From contig CAWGMQ010000006.1 of the NCBI GenBank assembly GCA_963823665.1, positions 768,001 to 832,000 of the forward strand: a stretch of DNA of 64,000 bases. Reading direction: 5' to 3'. This document shows, piece after piece, positions 44,098-53,284 of this stretch. Within the stretch, counting starts at the first letter, position 1, and each line of letters starts with the position of its first letter. This DNA is from an uncultured Planctomycetota bacterium. Lineage in GTDB: Bacteria; Planctomycetota; Planctomycetia; Isosphaerales; Isosphaeraceae. A program made the translations under genes and the position numbers. The notes beneath the pieces were generated by a model. The model did no database searches. It had not been told where the DNA came from and was given only the letters and a program-made list of their open reading frames with translations.

Positions 44098-45174
44098 ATG
44101 TCGAGTCGCTGGTTCCCGCGAGACGGTCGTGAGGGTCGGCCTTTGCAGGGATATCCTGGCGAAGGAAGGCCCGCACCGGGACGATTCATCCACATGACGG
44201 CCGCCGCCGCTCTGGTTGTGCTGGCCGGGTTCTGGGCGGCGCAGGACTCCCGGGTCGCCGCCGGAACGGCCCAGGGACAGGCCGGTGCCAAGGCGGATGC
44301 GCCGGTTCCTGCTGAGATCTCTGCGTTCGTGGCGGGCATTGGCGAGCGCATGACGCCGTGTCACGAGCGGATCGCACGCCTGAGCCGCATCGTGCTGGAG
44401 GCGATCCGGGGTGCGGAGCCGGGTGGCTCGGACCTGGACAGCCAGACCAGCAAGGTTCAGGCAGCAGAAGCCAGGCTCTCGAGCGCGAAAATGGCGCGGG
44501 AGTTTGCGGAGCTGCAATTGAAGGAATATCTTGAAGCCGCGGTTCCGCAGGAACAGGCGAGGCTCGAGCGGGAGCTCGGAGAGGCCAAGGATGATTTGAA
44601 CCGAGCGATGAAGCAGCGAGTCAAGGCCATCGAGCGGTGCGCCAAGATCAAGGAACTGTCCAAGGGTTCGGCGTCGGACCTCGAGCTGGAGGATCGGTTT
44701 GAAGACGGCCGGGTTGCTTCCGAGCTTGAGCAGGAACGGGCCCAATTTGCGATCGACCTGGCAAAATCGAAGCTGTTCGTCCTCAAGACGTTCAAGAAGC
44801 ACCAGCGCACGATGGAGCTGAAGGCGGAGATTGAACGGGCCAGTTCGAACGAGCTGGCGGCCAAAGCCGGGCTTTCTCTGGCGGAAGCGCAACTCAAGCG
44901 ATCGCGCAAGGCCGGCGGGGAACTTTCCGAGTCGAAGAAGAAGCTGCTGGGTTTGCTCGATCAAGCACTCGCGGTCGACGAGGGAATTCGGGGCAAGCTC
45001 GTAGAGTTGCGCAAGAATGGAAAAACCGACGCGGGACTACAGAAGGAAATCACGGAGTTGACGAATCAACTGGAGGCAGCGGTGGATCGAGCGGAAGCGG
45101 AGGACGCGCGTGCGCGGTTTGACGCGGTGAAGAATGCGGTTGGCCGGGCAGCGGCGCCCGGGCCGCGATCGTGA
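44098..45174 (+). CDS. Membrane-anchored helical protein, MFP-hairpin-like paralog
   Basis: AKMAREFAELQLKEY...KLFVLKTFKK...ELKAEIERASSNELA; RBS GAGGAGG. Confidence 0.75.
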   Translation: MSSRWFPRDGREGRPLQGYPGEGRPAPGRFIHMTAAAALVVLAGFWAAQDSRVAAGTAQGQAGAKADAPVPAEISAFVAGIGERMTPCHERIARLSRIVLEAIRGAEPGGSDLDSQTSKVQAAEARLSSAKMAREFAELQLKEYLEAAVPQEQARLERELGEAKDDLNRAMKQRVKAIERCAKIKELSKGSASDLELEDRFEDGRVASELEQERAQFAIDLAKSKLFVLKTFKKHQRTMELKAEIERASSNELAAKAGLSLAEAQLKRSRKAGGELSESKKKLLGLLDQALAVDEGIRGKLVELRKNGKTDAGLQKEITELTNQLEAAVDRAEAEDARARFDAVKNAVGRAAAPGPRS

Positions 45175-45195
45175 TGTCGTGATGAGGAGGCCTGT

Positions 45196-46122
45196 GTGAT
45201 TCGGATTCGAGACCTGCGGGTGGATTATGACAACACGTGTGCGGTCGATGATTTGACGCTCTCGGTCGACCCCGGGGAAGTGTGCGGGTTGATCGGGCCC
45301 AACGGCGCGGGGAAGACGAGCACCATGAAGGCGCTCCTGGGCCTCATCGAGCCGACGTACGGCGAGATCGAGGTGATGGGCGTCGACATGCGCGAGCATC
45401 CCGAGGAAGTTTATCGCGTGATGGGATTCATGCCGGATTTCCCGCCGGTTTATGAAGACCTGTATGTCTGGGAGTTCCTCGATCTCTTCGCTGCCAGCTA
45501 CGGCACTCCACGGGCCAGGCGGCGCACGGACGTGGACCGGTATCTCGAGATGGTGGGGCTCACGGAGAAGCGGAAGGCGCTGGTCGTCGAGCTGTCTCGC
45601 GGCATGCGGCAGAGATTGATGCTGGCGAAGACGCTGATGCCCGATCCCAAGGTGCTGCTCCTGGACGAGCCGGCCAGCGGCGTTGATCCACAAGGGCGAA
45701 TCGATTTGAAGAATATCTTGCGCCGGCTGGCGGAAGAGAATCGCACGGTCCTGATCTCGTCGCACATCCTGACCGAGATGGATGAATTTTGCACGTCGGT
45801 TGCGATCATGGAGAAGGGCCGGCTGGTGGTCGGCGGCCGGATCGACGAAGTGAATCAGCAGGTGATGGGTGACAGTTTGATCTCGATCGAGGTGCTCTCC
45901 GAGCCGGAACGGTTTCTGTCGATCGTGGGGGGGACGCCCAGCGCCGGGCCGGTGGAGCACAAGAACGGGACGTACGAATTCCGGTTCCCGGGTAACCCCG
46001 AGGCGGCGAGCAACCTGCTTACGGCGCTGGTTCAGGGGGGCGTGCGGGTGGCGTCGTTCGAGAGGCGGAAGGGCAACCTCGAGGAACTGTTCCTCAAAGT
46101 CGGGTCGAAGGAGCTTTCGTGA
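45196..46122 (+). CDS. ABC transporter ATP-binding protein
   Basis: GPNGAGKTS, LSRGMRQ, LLLDEP and SSH motifs. Confidence 0.96.
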   Translation: MIRIRDLRVDYDNTCAVDDLTLSVDPGEVCGLIGPNGAGKTSTMKALLGLIEPTYGEIEVMGVDMREHPEEVYRVMGFMPDFPPVYEDLYVWEFLDLFAASYGTPRARRRTDVDRYLEMVGLTEKRKALVVELSRGMRQRLMLAKTLMPDPKVLLLDEPASGVDPQGRIDLKNILRRLAEENRTVLISSHILTEMDEFCTSVAIMEKGRLVVGGRIDEVNQQVMGDSLISIEVLSEPERFLSIVGGTPSAGPVEHKNGTYEFRFPGNPEAASNLLTALVQGGVRVASFERRKGNLEELFLKVGSKELS

Positions 46123-47630
46123 TGGTCTGGGAGCATATCCTGAAGTGGCTCGACAATCCGATCTTCGTCAAGTACCTGCGGTCGCGGCTGCGGTTGCAGG
46201 CGCTTCTGAGCGGGATCGTGGTGGTGCAGGCGCTGTGTCTCTGCATCGCGTGGGCGGGTTTTCAGCTCAACTCGTTTGCGAATGGCGGGGCGTTCGCGAC
46301 GCTCTTTCTGCTCCAGATCATCATCATCATGGCGGTCGGCGGAACGCAGATTGCTTCATCGGTGGGAGCGTGCCGGTCGTCGGGAATTCTCGATTTTCAC
46401 CGCGTCTCGCCGCTGTCGCGCGACGAGCTGACGCTCGGGTTCTTCTTCGGCGCTCCGGTCCGGGAGTATGTGCTTCTGGCGACCACGCTGCCGTACGCGC
46501 TCCTGTGCGTCGGATTTGGCGTACCGAGCGCGCCTGGGCTCATCCAGTTAATGATCGCTCTCGTTGCGTTCGCGTGGCTGTTTCACGGATTGGGGCTCTT
46601 GAGCGCACTATTAGCAAAGCCCCGAGCCGGGACGCGGGGAGGGATCGGGGCCCTCGTATTCCTGGTGATCATGATCTTGTGGATCGGGATGCGGGTGATT
46701 GGCCGCGCCGGCCAGCTCGTGGATATGGATCAGCAGCTCTTGTTCTTTGGCATTTCGCTGCCCTGGCTTGCGGTCGCGCTCTTGTACATCTTCTCGGCGC
46801 TATTCTTTCTCTACCTGGCGGCGCGGAGGCGGATGGGGAGCGAGCGGATTCACCCGCTGTCGAAGGCACAGGGCCTGGCGGCCGTGCTGACGATTTCGAT
46901 CCTCTGTCTGGGCGGAATCTGGAAGCAGCAGTCGTACGATGTCTTGCAGGTTGTCGCGCTCTACTTCCTCGTAGGGGTTTCGATCTTCTCGATCATGATG
47001 GTGACACCGACGCAGGCTGAATATGTGAAGGGGCTGCTGCGCGCCCGGAAGCAAGGGCTCTCGAAGCTTCCCGCCTGGGACGACCTCGCGCTGAACTGGC
47101 TGTTTCTTGCGGGTGCCTGCGCGATCCTGCTCGTGACGGGAACGGTGATCTGGAACGCGGGAGCGAATGCGCCCACCGCCCTGCCGGCTGGCGCGGTGCG
47201 CAATTACCCGCTGGGGGTTGCCCTCGCTGTGCTGGTGGTCGCGTATTTCGGCCTGGGAATGCAGTACTTCTTCCTGCGGTTTGGAGCCAGGGGAAAAATG
47301 TATTTCGGGCTGTTCCTGTTTCTGGCGTGGCTCTTGCCGCTGGTTGCCGGCACGATCTTCATGTTCGCGTCGATCCCGAGGGAAACGAGCCGCGTGGGCC
47401 AGGTGATCTACAGCCTGAGCCCGATCGCCGGGATCGCGATGAGCTCGATTGATGCGGATCAGCCGGTTTTAACAAAAGCGATACAGGGAGGGGCGATCAC
47501 GCCGGCGCTGGCTTACGCGTTCATCTTCAACAGTTTGCTGATCGGCGCGCGCCGGCGAGCGCACAGGGAGTTTGTGGCACGAGCGGAGCTGCCGAAAACG
47601 GCAGTCGATGGGGAGGTGGGAGGCGGCTGA
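46119..47630 (+). CDS. ABC transporter permease-like polytopic membrane protein
   Basis: DNPIFVK..RSRLR start and about 12 hydrophobic helices; overlaps the ATPase stop. Confidence 0.8.
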   Translation: MMVWEHILKWLDNPIFVKYLRSRLRLQALLSGIVVVQALCLCIAWAGFQLNSFANGGAFATLFLLQIIIIMAVGGTQIASSVGACRSSGILDFHRVSPLSRDELTLGFFFGAPVREYVLLATTLPYALLCVGFGVPSAPGLIQLMIALVAFAWLFHGLGLLSALLAKPRAGTRGGIGALVFLVIMILWIGMRVIGRAGQLVDMDQQLLFFGISLPWLAVALLYIFSALFFLYLAARRRMGSERIHPLSKAQGLAAVLTISILCLGGIWKQQSYDVLQVVALYFLVGVSIFSIMMVTPTQAEYVKGLLRARKQGLSKLPAWDDLALNWLFLAGACAILLVTGTVIWNAGANAPTALPAGAVRNYPLGVALAVLVVAYFGLGMQYFFLRFGARGKMYFGLFLFLAWLLPLVAGTIFMFASIPRETSRVGQVIYSLSPIAGIAMSSIDADQPVLTKAIQGGAITPALAYAFIFNSLLIGARRRAHREFVARAELPKTAVDGEVGGG

Positions 47631-47710
47631 GATTCTGGGGACGGAGCTCATGAATCGACAGAGTCGCGGGTATTTCCAGGCATGTCATGCCAGGTGCGAA
47701 GCCAGAATTG

Positions 47711-47895
47711 AACAGAAGGTAACGAAGGAAACGAAGGGGGGAGCGAAGAGCCTGAAGCGGACGCAGCCAGGAAAGGGCGCGTCGGGGTCTGGATCGTGAC
47801 GAGTACGGCCGTCGGATCGGGAGCGGGAACCATGAATCGAGCGTTCAAAACGGCTGCATTGTCGGGGAATTCTTCGTTACGTTTGTTTGCTTCTG
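47711..47895. repeat. Inverted-repeat element with 9-nt-periodic arms; the right arm is interrupted by the intron
   Basis: Left arm AACAGAAGGTAACGAAGGAAACGAAG (47711-47736). Right arm CTTCGTTACGTTTGTTTGCTTCTG (47872-47895) is completed by TT after the intron (49895-49896). Confidence 0.8.
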
Positions 47896-49894
47896 GTGCG
47901 TCAGGCTAAGTCTCGCTGATCTTGTCAGTTGAAAGGAACTGCCCATGGCAATTGCTCGTTCACCATGAAGCCGACTCGGCGGCGGTGCGGGCAACCGCGC
48001 CGTCGGAGCCCGAGAAGGCGAAGACGTCAGCCGTAATGCGAAAGCGTGAACCCGTTTCGGCCTCGTTAAACGAGTGGTAGCGGTCAACCGTCCAGAAGCG
48101 GCGAAACCAGACACCATCCGTGAAGCAACGAGCACGTGCAGCGGATGGGCTACCCGGGGTGAGAGGGGATGGCGGGCGTCGACAGATCAGTGAGGAACCT
48201 GAGAGGCCCGGCTTGGCGGTCTGAGATCTGGAAGTGATCTCTGACCAACGACCGACGGGAAACCATAACCGCCGTGCGGCCTGGCCGGGAGTAGGAGGGG
48301 GTCGTAGTAGCGACGATACGGCTAACCACCGTGGAGCAAAGGACCCCTGCCAAATTCACGCTTCATCAGAAGTGAGGAGATCCGCTTGGACAAACGTCCC
48401 ACTACGGAAGAACACGGTGGCCTGACCTGGGACCAACAACTGGCTGAGCCAGAAGTGAAGTCTGGGGTCCTGCTACCGCCGAAAGTCTCTGAACTGAGAA
48501 AGAAGCTAGGTCAAAAGGCCAAGCAGGAGCCGAAGTTCCGGTTCTACGCTCTGTACGACCGGATCTATCGGGAAGACGTGTTGCGGATTGCGGCGACCCT
48601 GGTGCTGAATCACAACGGCGCTGCCGGGGTGGACGGCGTCACCTGTCAGGACCTCGTCACATTGGATGACCCTGCATGGGATGCCTACATACGGCAGTTG
48701 CACGAAGAGCTTCGCACCAAACGCTATCGTCCGCAGCCGGTCAAACGCGTCTATATCCCGAAACCGGACGGCCGGATGCGACCGCTGGGAATTCCCACGG
48801 TCAAAGACCGGATCGTCCAAACGGCGGCCATGTTGATACTCGAGCCGATCTTTGAGGCTGACTTCTTGAACTGCTCCTTCGGGTTTCGTCCAGGAAGGAA
48901 TGCTCACCAAGCGATTGACACGATCCGTCAGCATGTTCCCTCCGGGTTTCGCGAGATCTATGACGCGGATCTGAAATCGTACTTCGACACAATTCCACAT
49001 GATGCATTGATCAAGTGCCTGGAACGACGGATTGCCGCCCGCTCCGTGCTGACGCTGATCCGCATGTGGCTGGAAAGCCCAGTCGTCGAGACCGACGGAC
49101 ACGGTAAGACTAAAGTGACTCGGCCGAAACAGGGGACGCCGCAGGGTGGAGTAATTTCACCGTTGCTGGCGAATCTCTACCTGCATTGGTTCGAGAAGCT
49201 GTTTTATCGTTTCGACGGACCTAGTCGCTGGGCCAACGCCAAACTCGTGCGGTATGCCGATGACTTTGTGGTCCTGGCACGCTATCAATCTCAGCGCTTG
49301 ATCGATTGGATCGAGAATCTGTTAGAGGGACGGTTTCGGCTCACCGTCAACCGCGAGAAAACGCGAATCGTCAAGCTGCATGAACCGGGTCAGAGCCTGA
49401 ACTTTCTGGGCTTTGCGATGCGATACGACCGGGACCTCTTTGGCCGCGATCATCGATATCTCAACGTGTTTCCCTCAGTCAAGTCGATGGCTCGCGCCCA
49501 CGACAGAATCCGAGAGATGACTGGGCCCAGGCTGTGTTTCGTCTCCATCCGAGAGGTGATAGACGGTATCAACCGCTGGACAAAAGGCTGGAGCGGATAC
49601 TTCCGTTACGGCTATCCCCGCCATCGGTTTCGGAACCTCAATAGCTTCATGCTGCTGCGCTTGACGCGTCACTTGCAACGTCGCAGTCAGCGAGCCTACC
49701 GTACCCCGGTAGGCAAGTCAGATTACTTCCACCTGCAGAGCCTCGGCCTGCGGCTCCTGAAATGACTTATCGCTGCCTCCCTGCGAATCGCCTTCGATCG
49801 AGAGGATTTGGGCAAGCCGGATGCGGGAAATCTGCAAGTCCGGTTTGAAGAGGGCGGAGGCGACGGGGTCACACCCGTCCCTCCGCTACTCGAC
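47896..49894 (+). mobile_element. Complete group II intron (IIB-like, endonuclease-less IEP)
   Basis: 5' GTGCG at 47896; RT ORF inside; domain V caAGCcggatgcgggaaatctgcaagtccggtttg (about 49813-49847); domain VI hairpin ending ...ctactcgAC at 49894; EBS1 CAGAAG (48093-48098) complementary to the 5' exon CTTCTG. Confidence 0.93.
48386..49765 (+). CDS. ltrA: Group II intron reverse transcriptase/maturase
   Basis: N.GAAGVDG, RVYIPKPDG.MRPLGIPT..DR, SFGFRPGR, GTPQGGVISPLLAN, RYADDF and X domain (GWSGYF); no HNH domain. Confidence 0.96.
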   Translation: MDKRPTTEEHGGLTWDQQLAEPEVKSGVLLPPKVSELRKKLGQKAKQEPKFRFYALYDRIYREDVLRIAATLVLNHNGAAGVDGVTCQDLVTLDDPAWDAYIRQLHEELRTKRYRPQPVKRVYIPKPDGRMRPLGIPTVKDRIVQTAAMLILEPIFEADFLNCSFGFRPGRNAHQAIDTIRQHVPSGFREIYDADLKSYFDTIPHDALIKCLERRIAARSVLTLIRMWLESPVVETDGHGKTKVTRPKQGTPQGGVISPLLANLYLHWFEKLFYRFDGPSRWANAKLVRYADDFVVLARYQSQRLIDWIENLLEGRFRLTVNREKTRIVKLHEPGQSLNFLGFAMRYDRDLFGRDHRYLNVFPSVKSMARAHDRIREMTGPRLCFVSIREVIDGINRWTKGWSGYFRYGYPRHRFRNLNSFMLLRLTRHLQRRSQRAYRTPVGKSDYFHLQSLGLRLLK

Positions 49895-49925
49895 TTTGAT
49901 TCTGTTGAAATCCGAGACCAACATT

Positions 49926-50330
49926 ATGCATCCGCTCTTTGCCAAAGCTGACAAGCTCTTCAGCGAGGTCATTGGTGCCGCCATTGAAGTGCACCGGATC
50001 ATGGGCCCGGGGTTGTTGGAGAGCATCTACGAGCGTTGCTTGCTGCGCGAGCTCGAGCTACGAGGCATTCCGGCTGTGAACCAGGAAGAGGTGGTCATCG
50101 ATTACAAGGGCGACGTATTCAGGGAGAAGCTGAGGTTCGATCTGCTCGTCGATAGTTGTCTTCTGGTCGAGCTGAAGGCCGTCGAGCACGTCGTGCCGAT
50201 TCACAAGGCGAAGCTGCTCAGTTACATGAAACTGCTGAACATCCCGCTCGGGCTGATGTTCAATTTCCATGAGGTCATGCTCGTCGACGGAATTTCGAGG
50301 CTTATGCTGCCTGGCGCGAACCAGCCTTGA
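49926..50330 (+). CDS. GxxExxY protein (PD-(D/E)XK nuclease-like)
   Basis: VIGAAIEVHR.MGPGLLESIYE.CL..EL, RFDLLV...LVELKAV, LLSYMK..GL.FNF. Confidence 0.95.
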   Translation: MHPLFAKADKLFSEVIGAAIEVHRIMGPGLLESIYERCLLRELELRGIPAVNQEEVVIDYKGDVFREKLRFDLLVDSCLLVELKAVEHVVPIHKAKLLSYMKLLNIPLGLMFNFHEVMLVDGISRLMLPGANQP

Positions 50331-50722
50331 ACGGAAGACTCGCCTGGCCAGAGGATCACGGCGATCAAGGAAACAGTGGCCCCAGTCTGGCGGATCGAGT
50401 TTCGGCGCGGTCTCTTCGTGACGAGTATGGCCGTGAACCACACTTCCATCACGTGGCTACGGACACGCGGATCTCGTCGCGCACCGCCCCAAAGAGGAAC
50501 GGCACATACGGTAGCGCGAACGCCGTGAAGATCTGAACGAACGTTTGGAATTCAACTCGGGGTGGTAAAACCGGCCGTTGGAGTAGACTGCAACGGCCTC
50601 CCAGCCGAAGAACTCCGCGTAGAGGCATTGGATCCCGCCGACCGGACGGGTACAGGTCCGCATTAATCGGAATCGAACTGAGTCGAGCTCAGATGCCAGT
50701 CAGCGCCGCCCGAGCCGGGATT

Positions 50723-51742
50723 CTATTGAACGGCTTTCGGAGTGGAACTGGCTCGAGCGGCGCGGGCCGGTTGTTTGAGCAGGCGGGCCAATGTGTCGTC
50801 GAGCGCTTTGCCGCGGAGGTCGAGCCGGACGATCGTTCCCTCGGGGTCGATCAGATAGACGGCCGGGATTGTGATGACGCCGAATGACTCGACCAGGTCG
50901 GCCCTTGAGGTCCCGTTGTGGATCTGGGGCCAGGGGATGTTCCGCGCTTTCACGAAGTCGGTCACCGCGCCTTTGTTTTCATCGAGGCTGATGCTGATGA
51001 TCTCGAAGCCGGAATCGTGGTAGGTGCGGTAGGCGGCCTGCAGGCGCGGAAGCTCGGCGATGCAGGGCGCGCACCAGGTGGCCCAGAAGTCGATCAGCAC
51101 GTACTTGCCGCGATAAGAGGCGAGGCGCAGCGGGCTGCCCTTCACGTCTTCGGCGGCGAACTGGGGAGCAGGCTTGCCGACCTTGTCCAGCCGTTTGAGC
51201 TCGGCCTGCACCTTCTGCCGCAAGTTGGGGTTGTTACCGAATCGCGCAAGCAGGGTGTTCTGCACCGCCCGGGCGGTGGCGACGTCGCCGGCGGCGACCG
51301 CGGTGGCGGCGAGGTTCTCGGAGAAGCTCGCGGCGAATTCTTCCTGTTCATCCTGGCCGAGGCCCTGCATGAGCACCTTGAAGCGCTCGAGTGCGAGGTC
51401 GAATCGGCCGGCATGCGCGTGGGCCATGGTCTGGATGATCTGCGCGAGTGCCTTGACGGGTCCGTCGGGGTCGGACTTCAAATACTGCCCGGCAAGATTC
51501 TCGACCTCAGTGAACCAGTCGTGCTCGATTGCCTTGTTGAAAAGGGCTGCGTACGCCTGGTCGCGGTCGTGGGCTTGCGGGTTCTGCTGGAGGTATTGTG
51601 CGAGATCATTGATCAAGGCATGATCGTGCCGCGCCTGGATCTCGGCGACTCCCGACGCCTGAGTCTGGGCTCGAGCCGGTTGATCGATGAGCGCGAAGGC
51701 AGCGATGGCGACGGCGGCCCAGTAACTTCCGGTGGTCTTCAT
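50723..51742 (-). CDS. Exported TlpA-family thiol-disulfide redoxin with a helical N-terminal domain
   Basis: Signal peptide; GKYVLIDFWATWCAPC, ISISLD, IPAVYLID.EG. Confidence 0.92.
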   Translation of the reverse strand: MKTTGSYWAAVAIAAFALIDQPARAQTQASGVAEIQARHDHALINDLAQYLQQNPQAHDRDQAYAALFNKAIEHDWFTEVENLAGQYLKSDPDGPVKALAQIIQTMAHAHAGRFDLALERFKVLMQGLGQDEQEEFAASFSENLAATAVAAGDVATARAVQNTLLARFGNNPNLRQKVQAELKRLDKVGKPAPQFAAEDVKGSPLRLASYRGKYVLIDFWATWCAPCIAELPRLQAAYRTYHDSGFEIISISLDENKGAVTDFVKARNIPWPQIHNGTSRADLVESFGVITIPAVYLIDPEGTIVRLDLRGKALDDTLARLLKQPARAARASSTPKAVQ

Positions 51743-51832
51743 GGATTGGGTCCTCCAAGTGGGTTTGGCGATCGCTTCCGAACCGGGCGAACGGACAGAG
51801 TTGGTACCTCATGACTCCTGAACGCGCGTTGG

Positions 51833-53284
51833 TCAGCCGCGGGCGGTTCCCACTAGCTCCGGCCGTGCTTGACCTGCCGGCAGGGGGGCGGAGCGCGGGA
51901 TCCTGCGACGGACCCGAGGCAGGGTTTCCTCGATCAGCTCGGACCATCGCATGCAGCAAAGGCGTTGTTCGTAGTGGGCGATGAAAGCTGTGCGGGCGCG
52001 CTCACCCATGCGACGGGCGAGGCTTGGGTCCGAGGCCAAAAGCTCGAGCGATTGAACGAGCGCGCCAGCATCGCCGGAGGGGAGTGTGAAGCCGCACCCA
52101 GCATGGCGAATCGTGTCCGCGGGCTCGCAGTGCTCGGGACCGATGAAGATGATCGGCCGGCCGGCGGCCATCGCGCCGTAGAGCTTGCCGGGCACGACGA
52201 TACCGTTCATTTCGGGCCGCATCGAGATGAGGTGCACGTCGGCGAGCGAGAGCGATGCGTGCAGCCAGTCGCGCGGCACCGGATCGAGCAAGCGGATGTT
52301 GGTGAGGCCTTGGGAATCCCGGGCCGCTTCGACCTGGCCTTTCCGCGGGCCGTCACCGATGAAGAGGAAGACGATATCCGAGCGCTCTCGCAACCGGCGG
52401 GCTGCCTCGAGAAACTCGTCAAAGCTGTGGGCAAGCCCCAGGTTGCCCGAGTACATGGCGACGAACGATCCCTCGAGACCGAGCGACTTGCGGAGTGGGT
52501 TTGCGTCGCGGGGCAGCGGGTAGATCTCGTCGCGCCGGCTCCAGACCGGGATCGTGACGATTCGCTCGGCGGCGACCTGCTTGAGCGCGATGCGGTCGGC
52601 CATATAGGGGCCGAGCACGACGACCTGATCGGCGCGGCGGTAGACCGCGCGGCTGAGGGCGTACATCAAGCGGCCGAACGCGCTGCGGGGCGACATCCGG
52701 CCCAGCGCCATGCTGGCGTCGGGATGAAGATCCATGCTCCACACGATGTGTCGGCAGCCGCGGAGGTGCTTGAGAATCGTGCCGATGAGTCCGATGATCG
52801 GCGGCGTGGTGAGCGTGACGACCACGTCGAATCTCGGCAGGCGAAGAGCCTTGACTGCCGCGCCGGAATAGAAGCTGAGATAATCTGTCATGCGGGCCCA
52901 GGTACCGCGACGGCCGAGCGAGGTTGCGGGCACGCGGTGGATGTGGACGCCTTCGTGAATTTCGAAGGCGGGGGGCCGGGGCTCGCCTGGTTTGTAGCGG
53001 CCCTGGGAGGCCAGCACGTGGCTCTCGAATCCCTTCTCGGCGAGAAATTCCGCCAGGTCGGTCAGGTGCTGAGCGGTCGATGCGTGGTCCGGCCAGTAGT
53101 ACTGATTGACGAAGAGGATCCGGGCCCGCGGTCCGGGCTCGGACGGAACGCCCGGCGGCGAGACCGCGATCTGGGGCGGGTCGAGACCGATCCAGCTCGC
53201 CGTCAAGGTGGGATGACCGGGGCGTCGTGCCGCGGCTCTGTCCAGGGGGATGCCTTGCCGCAGCCACCGGCGATTGTTCACCAT
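51833..53284 (-). CDS. Glycosyltransferase family 4 (WcaI/WbuB-like); true start probably further downstream
   Basis: RILFVNQYYWPD, LTTPP, MDLHPD, MYSGNLG.AH, VPGKLYGAMAAGRP. Confidence 0.92.
   Translation of the reverse strand: MVNNRRWLRQGIPLDRAAARRPGHPTLTASWIGLDPPQIAVSPPGVPSEPGPRARILFVNQYYWPDHASTAQHLTDLAEFLAEKGFESHVLASQGRYKPGEPRPPAFEIHEGVHIHRVPATSLGRRGTWARMTDYLSFYSGAAVKALRLPRFDVVVTLTTPPIIGLIGTILKHLRGCRHIVWSMDLHPDASMALGRMSPRSAFGRLMYALSRAVYRRADQVVVLGPYMADRIALKQVAAERIVTIPVWSRRDEIYPLPRDANPLRKSLGLEGSFVAMYSGNLGLAHSFDEFLEAARRLRERSDIVFLFIGDGPRKGQVEAARDSQGLTNIRLLDPVPRDWLHASLSLADVHLISMRPEMNGIVVPGKLYGAMAAGRPIIFIGPEHCEPADTIRHAGCGFTLPSGDAGALVQSLELLASDPSLARRMGERARTAFIAHYEQRLCCMRWSELIEETLPRVRRRIPRSAPLPAGQARPELVGTARG

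Noticed and set aside
48386..49765. RT as a retron, DGR or defence RT
   Set aside because: It has group II motifs (GTPQGG, YADD, X domain) and sits between a GTGCG 5' end and canonical domains V and VI; no TR/VR pair was seen.
50340..50665. Small minus-strand ORFs after the GxxExxY gene
   Set aside because: Short hydrophobic pieces in different frames; possibly a decayed membrane-protein gene, but no family could be recognised.
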